DNA of 64,000 nucleotides, from the NCBI RefSeq assembly GCF_053078305.1, contig NZ_CP166879.1. One strand, 5' to 3'. The notes beneath the pieces are model-generated. The model was not told where the DNA came from and searched no databases. It saw only the letters and a program-made list of their open reading frames with translations. This document shows positions 38,455-47,545 of this stretch, in pieces. The number at the start of each line of letters is the position of its first letter. Positions within the stretch are counted from its first letter, which is position 1. The position numbers were made by a program, and so were the translations under genes.

Positions 38455-38556
38455 TATTCTAATACAACAAAACCCGCCGAAGCAGGTTAAGTGCGGGTGC
38501 GTTGAGGATGCCTGGCACATCAGAGGTGGCGAGGGATTTCTCCCTCGCCTGGTCTC

Positions 38557-38712
38557 TTACTCCTCAGGTTCGTAAGCTGTGAAGACAGCGACCTCCGTCT
38601 GGCCGGTTCGGATTCGTACCTCGCAGAGGTCTTTCCTCGTTACCAGTGCCGTCACTATGACGGTTAAACAGATGACGATCAGGGCGATTAACATCGCCTT
38701 TTGCTGCTTCAT
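38557..38712 (-). CDS. hokD: Hok-family type I toxin (HokD/RelF-like)
   Basis: MKQQKAMLIALIVICLTVIVTALVTRKDLCEVRIRTGQTEVAVFTAYEPEE, internal start of track ORF (a mok-like upstream extension). Confidence 0.9.
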   Translation of the reverse strand: MKQQKAMLIALIVICLTVIVTALVTRKDLCEVRIRTGQTEVAVFTAYEPEE

Positions 38713-38983
38713 AGCCTGCTTCTCCTTGCCTTTCGGCACGTAAGAGGCTAACCTACATTTGTGAGACATAGATTGGGCCTCAGATTAATGTTAAGCGTCT
38801 TGCAGGACGCGAAATGTTAACTGGGGCTTTTCTCTATCTGCCTTTTGGTGTTCATGCCTGAGACAGATAGCCTCAAGCACCCGCAGCGATTTTACAGAAA
38901 TAAGTTATTATTTTCTATCTCACCCTTCACTTATCTCATTCCTAGCTATACTCATCGTTCACACAACATTAAAGGGCATAAAA

Positions 38984-39157
38984 ATGACCGTTCATGGTAT
39001 ACAGGAAGGCAGTATTGTTAACTTACGTGAAAAAGATGGGGAATGGCTTGTAGTACAAACTATTAAAAACGACGACCTTACATATCAACTCCGAAATACA
39101 GATACCAGCGAAGAAGTAAACGTCGCACTTCAGGACATTATCTCCCCAAATAAATAA
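38984..39157 (+). CDS. Small hypothetical protein (57 aa)
   Basis: Read by eye: MTVHGIQEGSIVNLREKDGEWLVVQTIKNDDLTYQLRNTDTSEEVNVALQDIISPNK; AAAGGG RBS. Confidence 0.3.
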   Translation: MTVHGIQEGSIVNLREKDGEWLVVQTIKNDDLTYQLRNTDTSEEVNVALQDIISPNK

Positions 39158-39279
39158 TCAAATTAGCGGGGCGAACAATGCCCCGCACTGTGCTACTTAT
39201 CATCCCCAGCGGCAAATCGAATACACCACCAGCGCCACCGCCATTGCAATACCAACATTTGAGAAGGCTTCAGGCCAGC

Positions 39280-39633
39280 TCATTGGCGCACCTCCTTCGG
39301 CGGTTCTGGTAGCGACATCCAGTGTGTGGCTTCACACACGATGGGCGCACCGAAACACTGCGCATACTGGAAGTCACCCGTATTATCCAGGTTAAAACCT
39401 GTAAACTGTTCACCCGTGCTGGACACAAACAGTTGTACATCAACACCAACTGGCGGCATTCGCTCACTACAGCTTATCCAACCATCCGGAGTTACCGGAG
39501 AATTGCCAGCCTTGCGCATGGCAATCTCCATGATTTCAACCATATCTCCTGGTGGAATTTTACAAAGTTGCCCAATACATTTCTGCTGCCTGGCATATTC
39601 GAGGATGTGCTCCAGCTTGATACGATTAATCAT
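39280..39633 (-). CDS. DUF551-like phage protein
   Basis: 117 aa; ...WISCSERMPP...; nin region. Confidence 0.5.
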   Translation of the reverse strand: MINRIKLEHILEYARQQKCIGQLCKIPPGDMVEIMEIAMRKAGNSPVTPDGWISCSERMPPVGVDVQLFVSSTGEQFTGFNLDNTGDFQYAQCFGAPIVCEATHWMSLPEPPKEVRQ

Positions 39634-39983
39634 GATTTATCTCCCTGAAGCATGGCTTCGCGGCAGTCGTTCCAGCCTTCAGCATAATCACTATACGCAA
39701 GAGGCCAACCGTTTATGTATTCACGCGGCAACTTATCAGGCACTGGCGGGGCGGCGTATAGCTGGTGCGTTCCATCAGGCAGCGAGTGACCAACATACTC
39801 ACCGAACCCGTCAACACACATGCACCCATCTTCAATAATACATGAAGCTACAGGCTTCGCTTCCAGCGATGCCAGTGCGATAAGAGCCAGCTCACGAATT
39901 TCACCGCCGTCTATATCGTCAATGTCATCGCGGCCAGAAATGTTAGCCAGCCATTGCAGTCGCTCTTTGGTAATAGTGGTCAT
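39630..39983 (-). CDS. Hypothetical nin-region protein
   Basis: 117 aa; stop/start overlap with neighbours. Confidence 0.45.
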   Translation of the reverse strand: MTTITKERLQWLANISGRDDIDDIDGGEIRELALIALASLEAKPVASCIIEDGCMCVDGFGEYVGHSLPDGTHQLYAAPPVPDKLPREYINGWPLAYSDYAEGWNDCREAMLQGDKS

Positions 39984-39984
39984 C

Positions 39985-40329
39985 TCACTCTCCTTCTATG
40001 CGAATACCAGCAGCAGTCAGTACTGCATTGACCTCATCAGCGTAGTAGTACGTTAATCCACTTGATGATTTAGCCAGCTTGAATGGTTCTGGTAACTTCA
40101 CTGTGCGGGACTCCTGCTCGTCGATACGCTGTTTTGCTTCCTCCAGTTCATCCAGCAAATCAGCGATAATATCCACTTCACGATGACGGATTTCACGCTT
40201 AAACGCAGCCAAAGCTGCATCACAATCCTGCTCAGCGTTTGGACTGTCTGGTTTCTCCTGATACCACGCCAGCATCGACCGATAGTTTTGTGCTGCCTCA
40301 CGCAGCGCCTGATAATTAATCCCACTCAC
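39985..40329 (-). CDS. Hypothetical protein (start uncertain)
   Basis: Possible GTG start with AAGGAGG RBS inside track ORF 39985..40509. Confidence 0.35.
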   Translation of the reverse strand: MSGINYQALREAAQNYRSMLAWYQEKPDSPNAEQDCDAALAAFKREIRHREVDIIADLLDELEEAKQRIDEQESRTVKLPEPFKLAKSSSGLTYYYADEVNAVLTAAGIRIEGE

Positions 40330-40441
40330 TGGTTGCCTCCTTTGTGGATCTGCGCTGCGATGCACGAAAAAAAAAGACTCCCGCGTATGACTGTTAAGAG
40401 CTGGTGCGAACGCCGCGTTAAGAACGGCAGCATCACAGCCG

Positions 40442-40762
40442 TCATTGATATAGAGCGCAATTTTTTCTCCAGGCGCGCTTTGGCTTCCTGCAACTGCATA
40501 CCCCGGCACGCACGCGGGATATACTCAGCAATTTGAGCGATAGATTTTTCGTTCTGTTTAAACATGCTTCACCTCGACAGGCTTGATGGTGTCGATCAGT
40601 AGTCGGCGGCGCGTATTTTCTGCAAAGTGGCGGCGTCCGGTTTCTTTGTGGTAAAACTCGTTTTTGTCGACGACCCACATCCGCTCCGTCTGGTGCAATT
40701 TTTTTTACCTGCGGACCGTCTTTGGTGATCACGATGCCGGTATGGGTTTTTACGATTGTCAT
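40442..40762 (-). pseudogene. ORF whose plausible reading frame changes at a homopolymer run (possible frameshift, or separate short gene from internal ATG)
   Basis: After MTIVKTHTGIVITKDGPQVKK the track frame becomes low-complexity and basic; the alternative frame reads ...MWVVDKNEFYHKETGRRHFAENTRRRLLIDTIKPVEVKHV and ends overlapping the next ATG. Confidence 0.25.
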
Positions 40763-40861
40763 GCCACCACCTCTTCGAATTTCAATTGTTCACCCCAGAT
40801 TTCACATGACTCTGAACACGAGCCGGTATCGAATCGCCTGGCCTGCACCATCGCCTGATAG

Positions 40862-41047
40862 TTAATCTTCATCATCCTCACCCCACTCATCACAATAAGC
40901 TTCAACCGGAGTTTTTCCTGCTTCATAGTCATCACGCCATGCTTCAGCATCGGCGGCACTTCCACCGCGTAACTCTGCATAGTCCATTAACAGTTCATGC
41001 CATTCTTCAAAACTGGCGTTATATTTAGTTGAACCAAAATCAGCCAT
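40862..41047 (-). CDS. Small acidic protein
   Basis: 61 aa; track ORF. Confidence 0.35.
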   Translation of the reverse strand: MADFGSTKYNASFEEWHELLMDYAELRGGSAADAEAWRDDYEAGKTPVEAYCDEWGEDDED

Positions 41048-41222
41048 TTTGTTCTTCCTCTTCGTCTTTTATTTCGTGATATGAGTAATTGCAGTAGTTA
41101 AAGAAAATTTCTTTTGCTTCGTCATGAATTTCATCAGGTGTTGCGTCATCGTCCACTTCGAATACATCCTCGAAACCTCCACCGGCTATTCCCGTTTCAA
41201 TAATTATTTTGAACTTTCGCAT
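41040..41222 (-). CDS. Small acidic protein
   Basis: 60 aa; track ORF. Confidence 0.35.
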   Translation of the reverse strand: MRKFKIIIETGIAGGGFEDVFEVDDDATPDEIHDEAKEIFFNYCNYSYHEIKDEEEEQNG

Positions 41223-41369
41223 TTCACTACCACCCTGCCGGGCGGTCTCCTGATGTTCTGAGGGTGCAGGAATCCCTCCTGTTAAGGATTAAATTTTATT
41301 TACAGTGCTGATTTTAATTATTCAGATCTGGATTATGCTTTCTCTTTTACCTGCCGTAGTTCCTGGTAA

Positions 41370-41675
41370 TTAATTTCGCTCACTGGTTGCCTCCTGGAAA
41401 ATAACGGCATGTCCCAGTTTCTCCGCCAGTGCCAGTTCTGCCTTAGCGCCTGCCGACCGCTGCCAGCCTTTCAGCATATAAACCGCATCCACACAACGAA
41501 TCATTGCCATGCAAATATCCATGTAATGTGGCTGAGTCAGCCCGTCCGGAAGTACTGCCGGGTTTAAAACGGTATGCCCTTCCCGTTTCAGTGCTTCTTC
41601 CGCCTTGTGAAATGCCTCGCAGTTGAAATTTTCATATCCCGTCATTGGACCGGCGATATAAACCCTAACCCTCAC
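41370..41675 (-). CDS. DUF4406-like (nucleoside 2-deoxyribosyltransferase-like) protein
   Basis: 101 aa; MRVRVYIAGPMTGYENFN... Confidence 0.45.
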   Translation of the reverse strand: MRVRVYIAGPMTGYENFNCEAFHKAEEALKREGHTVLNPAVLPDGLTQPHYMDICMAMIRCVDAVYMLKGWQRSAGAKAELALAEKLGHAVIFQEATSERN

Positions 41676-41926
41676 TCCTGAATCCTCCTGTCGAAATAAA
41701 CGTAGTTATTCACTGTGCGCAACTTCATTCCGAACTTTTCGGCAATTTCCCGTCGGGGTACGCCGCGCTGATACAGTTGCCGCGTCAGCTCAATATCACG
41801 CTGTGAATATTTTGCCGACGGGTGAAAATCGCCACGTAACATCATGCTGATGCCCAACTCCCGTGCCTTCGTTCTCACTGCCGCTTCAGTTCGTCCGATA
41901 AGTGCGCCAATGCTTTTCACCTTCAT
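41672..41926 (-). CDS. Small HTH DNA-binding protein
   Basis: Internal start MKVKSIGALIGRTEAAVRTKARELGISMM... in track ORF 41672..42073. Confidence 0.4.
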   Translation of the reverse strand: MKVKSIGALIGRTEAAVRTKARELGISMMLRGDFHPSAKYSQRDIELTRQLYQRGVPRREIAEKFGMKLRTVNNYVYFDRRIQE

Positions 41927-41985
41927 AGTTCCCGCACACTGACGGAGTATCAGGATTTCAGCCCGGCACCACTTCTTCCAGCCAC

Positions 41986-42699
41986 TCACTGCTGCTCTCT
42001 GGTGGCGGTAATATCCCGGAGAATATCCCGGCACTTGTTCAGCTCCCGCAGAGCGGCACAGACTCGCTCCCACTTCTGAACCTGACCTTTTGCCCGGCGC
42101 AGCTCGCGGTTAGCCACATGCAGCGATGGTAGAATCAGGTCATCTGCTTTCGTTTCGGTGACCGATGGCTGTAACTTCACAATGTCTTCCACGATTTCTG
42201 TTTTCATTTCTTCCTGTGTTTCCGCTTCCCGGACTGGTAACGCAACACCTGCTGGCTGAGGAAAGGCTTTACCATCGTTTTTCTCTGCGGATGTAACTTC
42301 CAGCTCTGCTGGTAAATCAGCGCCCGGTATGCAGTAACGAAATTTACCGCCCTGATTCACGCGAATCAGACGCCCTTTGCTGATTGCCATGGCCAGCGAT
42401 GAATTCGCCCGGCGGGAGGTAATCCCGAACATCAGTGCCAGCTCATCCGCCGTTTGTGGGCCATGTTGTTCAATCGCCTCAGTCAGCATTTGCGCTGTCA
42501 CTTTCGGTACCGGTGACACTGGTTCACTTTCACCAGCCTGAATCAGCCACCACATCGACCCCTTGTTATCCGCTTCACCGCGGCGCTTCAGTTTCCACAG
42601 TTCGTTGACAGCATCTTCGCGGCTGATTCCAAGGCGCGATGCCACTACCTGTGAAGAGGCTCTTTTCAGTGCTTTCAGTGCGTCAAATACGGTTTCCAT
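41986..42699 (-). CDS. Hypothetical replication-module protein
   Basis: 237 aa immediately downstream of the DnaC-like gene. Confidence 0.4.
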   Translation of the reverse strand: METVFDALKALKRASSQVVASRLGISREDAVNELWKLKRRGEADNKGSMWWLIQAGESEPVSPVPKVTAQMLTEAIEQHGPQTADELALMFGITSRRANSSLAMAISKGRLIRVNQGGKFRYCIPGADLPAELEVTSAEKNDGKAFPQPAGVALPVREAETQEEMKTEIVEDIVKLQPSVTETKADDLILPSLHVANRELRRAKGQVQKWERVCAALRELNKCRDILRDITATREQQ

Positions 42700-42728
42700 T
42701 AAAATTTCCTCCGGATAAAAATTACTTC

Positions 42729-43469
42729 TCAGTTCCTGTGCTGGCTGACGTTCGGACGCCAGCTCTCCCAGTTAAACGTCACCCAGCGACCACCGTTCAT
42801 GGACATGCGGTCCATCACCCGCTCGCCGAGAAGTGTATTCATCGCTGCATGGTTAAGATTTGTCAGCATCCCCACACTGAGTAACGATGCCGTTCTGCGG
42901 TCAACAATCTGATTCAGCGTGACCTGCTCATTACGCGTATCCCGTTGCATGCCAATTTCATCCAGTACCAGCAGGTCAACGCCACACAATCCCTGCAAAA
43001 ATTTTTCGCCCGAGTTTTTGTTGTCGTAGCTGCCATGTAACGCCAGCATCACATCCGCCACTGTTATCACAATCACACTGCGACCTTTCGCCAGAAGGTG
43101 GTTGCCAATAGCCGCCGCCAGGTGGTTTTTTCCTGTGCCAGGCCTGCCACTGAAAACAAAATTCGTACAGCCGCCTTCCAGCTCTGCCGCAATGGATTTC
43201 GCCTGACTCAGGGCATGGCGCTGACCATCGTTCTGCACCCGGTAGTTACCGAACGTACACTTCCGGTGAAGCGGCTGGATACCGGAGCGGTTAATGATTT
43301 TTTCAACCCGCGTCTGATGATTCAGACGATTAACCTCCTCGCTTCGCTTACGCCCTTCAGCAAGCTGCCATTCCCGCCACTCCGCCACCGTACGGTACGG
43401 AGGGATTGCATCCTGCGGCACAAATCTGCTGACTCTTGCCAGAACACCACCTGACGTAATGTTTTTCAT
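42729..43469 (-). CDS. DnaC-like helicase loader (AAA+ ATPase)
   Basis: 246 aa; Walker A GRPGTGKNHL, Walker B LLVLDEIG. Confidence 0.85.
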   Translation of the reverse strand: MKNITSGGVLARVSRFVPQDAIPPYRTVAEWREWQLAEGRKRSEEVNRLNHQTRVEKIINRSGIQPLHRKCTFGNYRVQNDGQRHALSQAKSIAAELEGGCTNFVFSGRPGTGKNHLAAAIGNHLLAKGRSVIVITVADVMLALHGSYDNKNSGEKFLQGLCGVDLLVLDEIGMQRDTRNEQVTLNQIVDRRTASLLSVGMLTNLNHAAMNTLLGERVMDRMSMNGGRWVTFNWESWRPNVSQHRN

Positions 43470-43475
43470 GATGCG

Positions 43476-44465
43476 CTACCCCCTGAAACCCGGCGGAATT
43501 TCGGTATCCGGTTCAGAAATATGATTCACGCAACGCTGCGCGGGACCACGCCACAGTCGAATAACCAGTTCATCCCATTTCTCACGGAGTTTTTCCGGGC
43601 TCTTGATGTTTTTTATCCAGAACGGATCCCGTTGTGCCCGGCTGAACATTTCGCAAATTTGTCTGTGACTTCTTCCATCCAGCATCCGCATTGTGCGCAC
43701 GTCATTGGCCCACGCCGTCCAGTTGGGCTCTTTCGGTCGCGTGATCTCACCATCGTCACTGGCAGCCTGTTCGTACAGGTTTACAACCCGCCCCCAGATC
43801 CACTGCGCACACGTCAAATCCTCCCGGGTTCCCCACTGGCGTTTTTTCACGCTGAACACAACTGCATCAGGATGGCGGGTTAAAAACGCCTGTTCAGCCG
43901 TCAGCTCGTCCGGTTGCGAAGCGTCCGGACAAGAGAGTTTTTTATTCTCTGTTGTATTCTCTGTTGTATTCTCTGTTGTATTCTCTGTTGTATTCTCTGT
44001 AGGATCATCGGGCCATTTTGACCTGATGACATTGGGCCGTTTTGAACCAATGGAACGTTTCATTTTGACCTCTTCCATCGTGTCATTTTGACCTGATGGA
44101 GTGGCGCATTTTGACCCGATGGATTCGTTCACTTTGCCATCATCTAAAAGCGCGCTATCGTAGTTAATTGTGTAAAAATTAGTCATATCACGCTTCGATT
44201 TATTGAGCTTTTCGCTACGCAAAAGCCCCAGCGCTTTCAGACTTGCAAACGCACGCTTTAACGTTGACTCTGACCAGAACGGAAACTGTTCCAGCCATTG
44301 TTCCGTTGTGTTGTAAATCCAGCGAACGCCATCACATTCCATGCCGGAACTGGTATCCCTCAACCAGTAATGCAGTTGCTGCAACACAATGGCTTCGTTT
44401 AAACCAATCTTCATCGCCAGCTGTGTGTTTATAACCAGCGGGCGTTCAGCAAAAAGAAGGCTCAT
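43476..44465 (-). CDS. Replication initiator (O-like) containing origin iterons
   Basis: Internal start in track ORF 43476..44507; central TENTTENTTENTTENTTEN encoded by 12-bp tandem repeats. Confidence 0.65.
   Translation of the reverse strand: MSLLFAERPLVINTQLAMKIGLNEAIVLQQLHYWLRDTSSGMECDGVRWIYNTTEQWLEQFPFWSESTLKRAFASLKALGLLRSEKLNKSKRDMTNFYTINYDSALLDDGKVNESIGSKCATPSGQNDTMEEVKMKRSIGSKRPNVIRSKWPDDPTENTTENTTENTTENTTENKKLSCPDASQPDELTAEQAFLTRHPDAVVFSVKKRQWGTREDLTCAQWIWGRVVNLYEQAASDDGEITRPKEPNWTAWANDVRTMRMLDGRSHRQICEMFSRAQRDPFWIKNIKSPEKLREKWDELVIRLWRGPAQRCVNHISEPDTEIPPGFRG
43941..44001. repeat. About five tandem 12-bp repeats (TTCTCTGTTGTA), candidate origin iterons
   Basis: Seen directly in sequence inside the initiator gene. 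Confidence 0.7.
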
Positions 44466-44967
44466 AATTCCATCCGGCTTTTTGTTGGTACTGGTGACGA
44501 TAGGCACGCTTGAAAGCGATTGCTTTTTCTATAAGCTCGTCTGTCTCACGTTCCACAACAGCTGGATCTGCAAAAAGCAGCCCGGACTCCACCACATCGC
44601 CATATTCTTTGTTTAACCCGGCAATCATGTACGTAATGCTTTTTCCGTCAGTAATTTCGCGGTACAACCTGAAATCACTAATCCGGATAGCCTCCATAAT
44701 TGCCGGAATCAGCGCCGTGAATTTTTCTCGCTTATCCCTGGTGTCGATAGCCTTCCAGCGTTCGAATATCTTCACCCGGTTAACGCCAAGCGCACGCTGA
44801 TCAACCCCGCCATCATCAAGCGTGACACGCTGAACATCGATGTTCGGGCGTTCCTGTAGAGCCCAGAAGGCTTCAGTAATTAATATCGTCGCCTGCTCCT
44901 GCGTCATTCCTGGTCGGCTTATCCAGGCATCCAGGGCATCGCGTGCCTGCTCAAGGGTGATTTTCAT
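44446..44967 (-). CDS. Hypothetical protein in the cII slot
   Basis: 173 aa between cro-like gene and initiator. Confidence 0.4.
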   Translation of the reverse strand: MKITLEQARDALDAWISRPGMTQEQATILITEAFWALQERPNIDVQRVTLDDGGVDQRALGVNRVKIFERWKAIDTRDKREKFTALIPAIMEAIRISDFRLYREITDGKSITYMIAGLNKEYGDVVESGLLFADPAVVERETDELIEKAIAFKRAYRHQYQQKAGWNYEPSFC

Positions 44968-45181
44968 TGTTCAACCGCCCCGCCCGCTTCGTCTTACGAT
45001 ATTCGTCATAAACTTTGGGGTCATACTGAAGCTCCCCGCCGGATGCCTCTTGCAGGCGCATCGCGCGACCTTCAGGTACTAGCTCCCCTTTCCAGCTATA
45101 AAGCGAAGCCAAACGAATACCAGCAGCTTGTGCGAGTTTTGTTTTTGAACCGAAATACAAAAGTGCGTCAGTTTTAAGCAT
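44951..45181 (-). CDS. dicC: Cro-like repressor DicC
   Basis: MLKTDALLYFGSKTKLAQAAGIRLASLYSWKG...; divergent from dicA. Confidence 0.85.
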   Translation of the reverse strand: MLKTDALLYFGSKTKLAQAAGIRLASLYSWKGELVPEGRAMRLQEASGGELQYDPKVYDEYRKTKRAGRLNNENHP

Positions 45182-45264
45182 TTAAAGCACCCTGAATGTT
45201 AGTCATGACTAACAAAATAGATGTTAACAAAAACATAGTCAATAAGATTTAGCATTAGCTAACT

Positions 45265-45672
45265 ATGGATACAAAAAATTTAACCATTGGCGAACGCATT
45301 AGATATCGCCGAAAAAGCCTCAAATACACCCAAAGGTCTCTTGCTAAAGCCCTGAAAATTTCTCATGTATCGGTTTCACAATGGGAACGGGATGACAGCG
45401 AACCGACAGGGAAGAATCTTTTTGCCCTCAGCAACGTACTGCAGTGCTCGCCAACATGGATTCTATTTGGCGATGAAGACAAGCAGCCATCACCACCTAT
45501 TGAGGAGCCAGTTGCTCTATCCCCCAAAGAACATGAGCTCCTTGAGCTTTTTAATGCATTGCCTGAATCAGAACAGGATGCTCAGCTCACCGAGATGCGC
45601 GCCCGAGTAAAAAATTTCAACAAACTCTTTGAAGAGTTATTAAAAGCCCGTCAACGAACAAACAAAAGATAA
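45265..45672 (+). CDS. dicA: Immunity repressor DicA (HTH XRE)
   Basis: MDTKNLTIGERIRYRRKSLKYTQRSLAKALKISHVSVSQWERDDSEPTGKNLFALSNVLQCSPTWILFGDEDKQP... Confidence 0.9.
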   Translation: MDTKNLTIGERIRYRRKSLKYTQRSLAKALKISHVSVSQWERDDSEPTGKNLFALSNVLQCSPTWILFGDEDKQPSPPIEEPVALSPKEHELLELFNALPESEQDAQLTEMRARVKNFNKLFEELLKARQRTNKR

Positions 45673-45838
45673 CGCAATCAATGCGTTATCTTTTTGATCG
45701 CTAAAAATGTTAGCCATAACAAACAAAAGCACTTGACCGGATTGTTAGTCATAGCTAATCTTACTTACATCAAGACACCGCACGGTGTTCTCAGCAAACA
45801 GTTCCGCTACCCCGGCGTTAAGGGGAAATGAGGTCAAC

Positions 45839-45991
45839 ATGGATACGCTCAATCTTGGCAACAACGAATCTCTGGTATGCGGCGTGTTTCCCAACCAGGA
45901 CGGCACGTTTACCGCGATGACGTATACCAAAAGTAAAAAGTTTAAAACCGAAGCTGGCGCGCGTCGCTGGTTAGCCAGAAACACTAACTGA
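45839..45991 (+). CDS. ydfA: YdfA-like small protein
   Basis: MDTLNLGNNESLVCGVFPNQDGTFTAMTYTKSKKFKTEAGARRWLARNTN. Confidence 0.55.
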   Translation: MDTLNLGNNESLVCGVFPNQDGTFTAMTYTKSKKFKTEAGARRWLARNTN

Positions 45992-46249
45992 TTAGCACCA
46001 GTAAAAACAGGTTGCCACTGGTTAATTTACCCTGAAAAGTCAGGGCATAACACGAAAGCGCACGGAGAAGCTCGTCTCTCTGTACTTTGTCGCTAAATTT
46101 AATTCGACCGTGCGCTTCCGGTTGTGGCAATCCGCGAAATGGCGCGGCGGTAAGTATGGCTGGGGTTTCCTCCATTGCTCCAGAAAATGCACCGGGTTGT
46201 CAGGTTGACCATACGCTTAAGTGACAGCCCCGCCACAATACCCATGTGT

Positions 46250-46300
46250 AGTCTTTGGTGGCATCAGTTCTACTCCGTGACTGCTCTGCCACCCTTTTTA
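46250..46300 (+). ncRNA. dicF: DicF-like small RNA
   Basis: ...TGGTGGCATCAGTTCTACTCCGTGACTGCTCTGCCACCC followed by TTTTT; similar to my recollection of E. coli DicF with terminal hairpin. Confidence 0.55.
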
Positions 46301-46788
46301 AAGTGAATTTTGTGATGCGGTGAATGCGGCTAAGCGCACGCGGAACAGTTAAAACCGTAAAGTGGTCTTTTACGGGGCGTAACGGGCATACTTCTGTATT
46401 CCGGCGTTAATTGTTAACTGGTTAACGTCACCTGGAGGCACCAGGCACTGCATCAACAAAGTTCACTTCGGTGATGAAGGGTAAGAGAAAATGTTGAATG
46501 TAGCTATTGAAAACCAGAACGGGTGGAATTATAGTGCACCTGCACCTCATAAAACGGGTGCCGGGCGTGGAAACCCGATGATGATCAACGCGCATAACCG
46601 CGCTCAGGCGGTTTTTTTTATGCGTCAAGCACAGCCACATTCAAATTATGGTGGGGCGTGCAGGGCAGCTGCAAGGCTGGCCGGCTCCGTTGGTCACCGG
46701 TATTTCCACCCCTGTACGTCTCACCACCTTTATGGTCGTGGAAAACCTCGGTGGTGAGTTATTTAAACTGATCAACGAGGCTGCCATC

Positions 46789-47346
46789 ATGGCTACTACC
46801 CTTACCCTTTCTCACCCTGACGTAACCATCGAAAATGGTCGCGCAGTCACCACGTCTGTTGCAGTTGCAGAGTTCTTCCACAAACTGCATAAAAACGTCA
46901 TTCAAAAAATTGAAGCTCTGGAATGTTCCGACGAATTCACTGAGCTTAATTTTCAGCCCAGCGAATACACCGACACAACCGGTCGCAAACTCCCAATGTA
47001 CCAAATCACCAAAAACGGCTTCGTTTTCCTGGTGATGGGCTTCACCGGCAAAAAAGCCGCTGCATTTAAAGAAGCCTACATCGCTGAGTTCGATCGCATG
47101 GAGAAAGAACTGCGCCAGAATAACGCCCCGTCTCCCGACAAAATGATTCACGGGGACGGACGTACCCTGGTTATCCGTCTCGACGAACACGGCAATATCA
47201 AATTCACTGAAACCGTTCCGGACGGCGCAATGGTCTGCACCCTGGATACCTTCCAGTTTTATCTGGAAAAACAAGGCTGGACTCTTGTAAACCGGAGCGC
47301 AATTAAAAATATGACTGTGGAGCAATTACTAAAAATTCATTGTTGA
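46789..47346 (+). CDS. Rha-family phage regulatory protein
   Basis: Internal start MATTLTLSHPDVTIENGRAVTTSVAVAEFFHKLHKNVIQKIEALE... in track ORF 46648..47346. Confidence 0.65.
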   Translation: MATTLTLSHPDVTIENGRAVTTSVAVAEFFHKLHKNVIQKIEALECSDEFTELNFQPSEYTDTTGRKLPMYQITKNGFVFLVMGFTGKKAAAFKEAYIAEFDRMEKELRQNNAPSPDKMIHGDGRTLVIRLDEHGNIKFTETVPDGAMVCTLDTFQFYLEKQGWTLVNRSAIKNMTVEQLLKIHC

Positions 47347-47356
47347 GGACGCGATA

Positions 47357-47545
47357 ATGGAAACGTTATTACCAAACGTTAATACGTCTGAAGGGTGTTT
47401 TGATATTGGTGTTCTGCTCAGTAACCGGGAGTTTACTGAAGATGCCATTAAGATGAGAAAATATGAGCCTTATCTTCTCAATGATAATTCCATACTCTCC
47501 AGAATTGCCCTTCTTAAACTTGGTATTTTCGGGGGGCAGCAGTGA
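47357..47545 (+). CDS. dicB: Cell division inhibitor DicB-like
   Basis: METLLPNVNTSEGCFDIGVLLSNREFTEDAIKMRKYEPYLLNDNSILSRIALLKLGIFGGQQ. Confidence 0.8.
   Translation: METLLPNVNTSEGCFDIGVLLSNREFTEDAIKMRKYEPYLLNDNSILSRIALLKLGIFGGQQ

Noticed and set aside
43476-44507. TENTTEN peptide repeat as a protein-level functional repeat
   Set aside because: More parsimoniously a by-product of DNA iterons embedded in the initiator gene, as in lambda O
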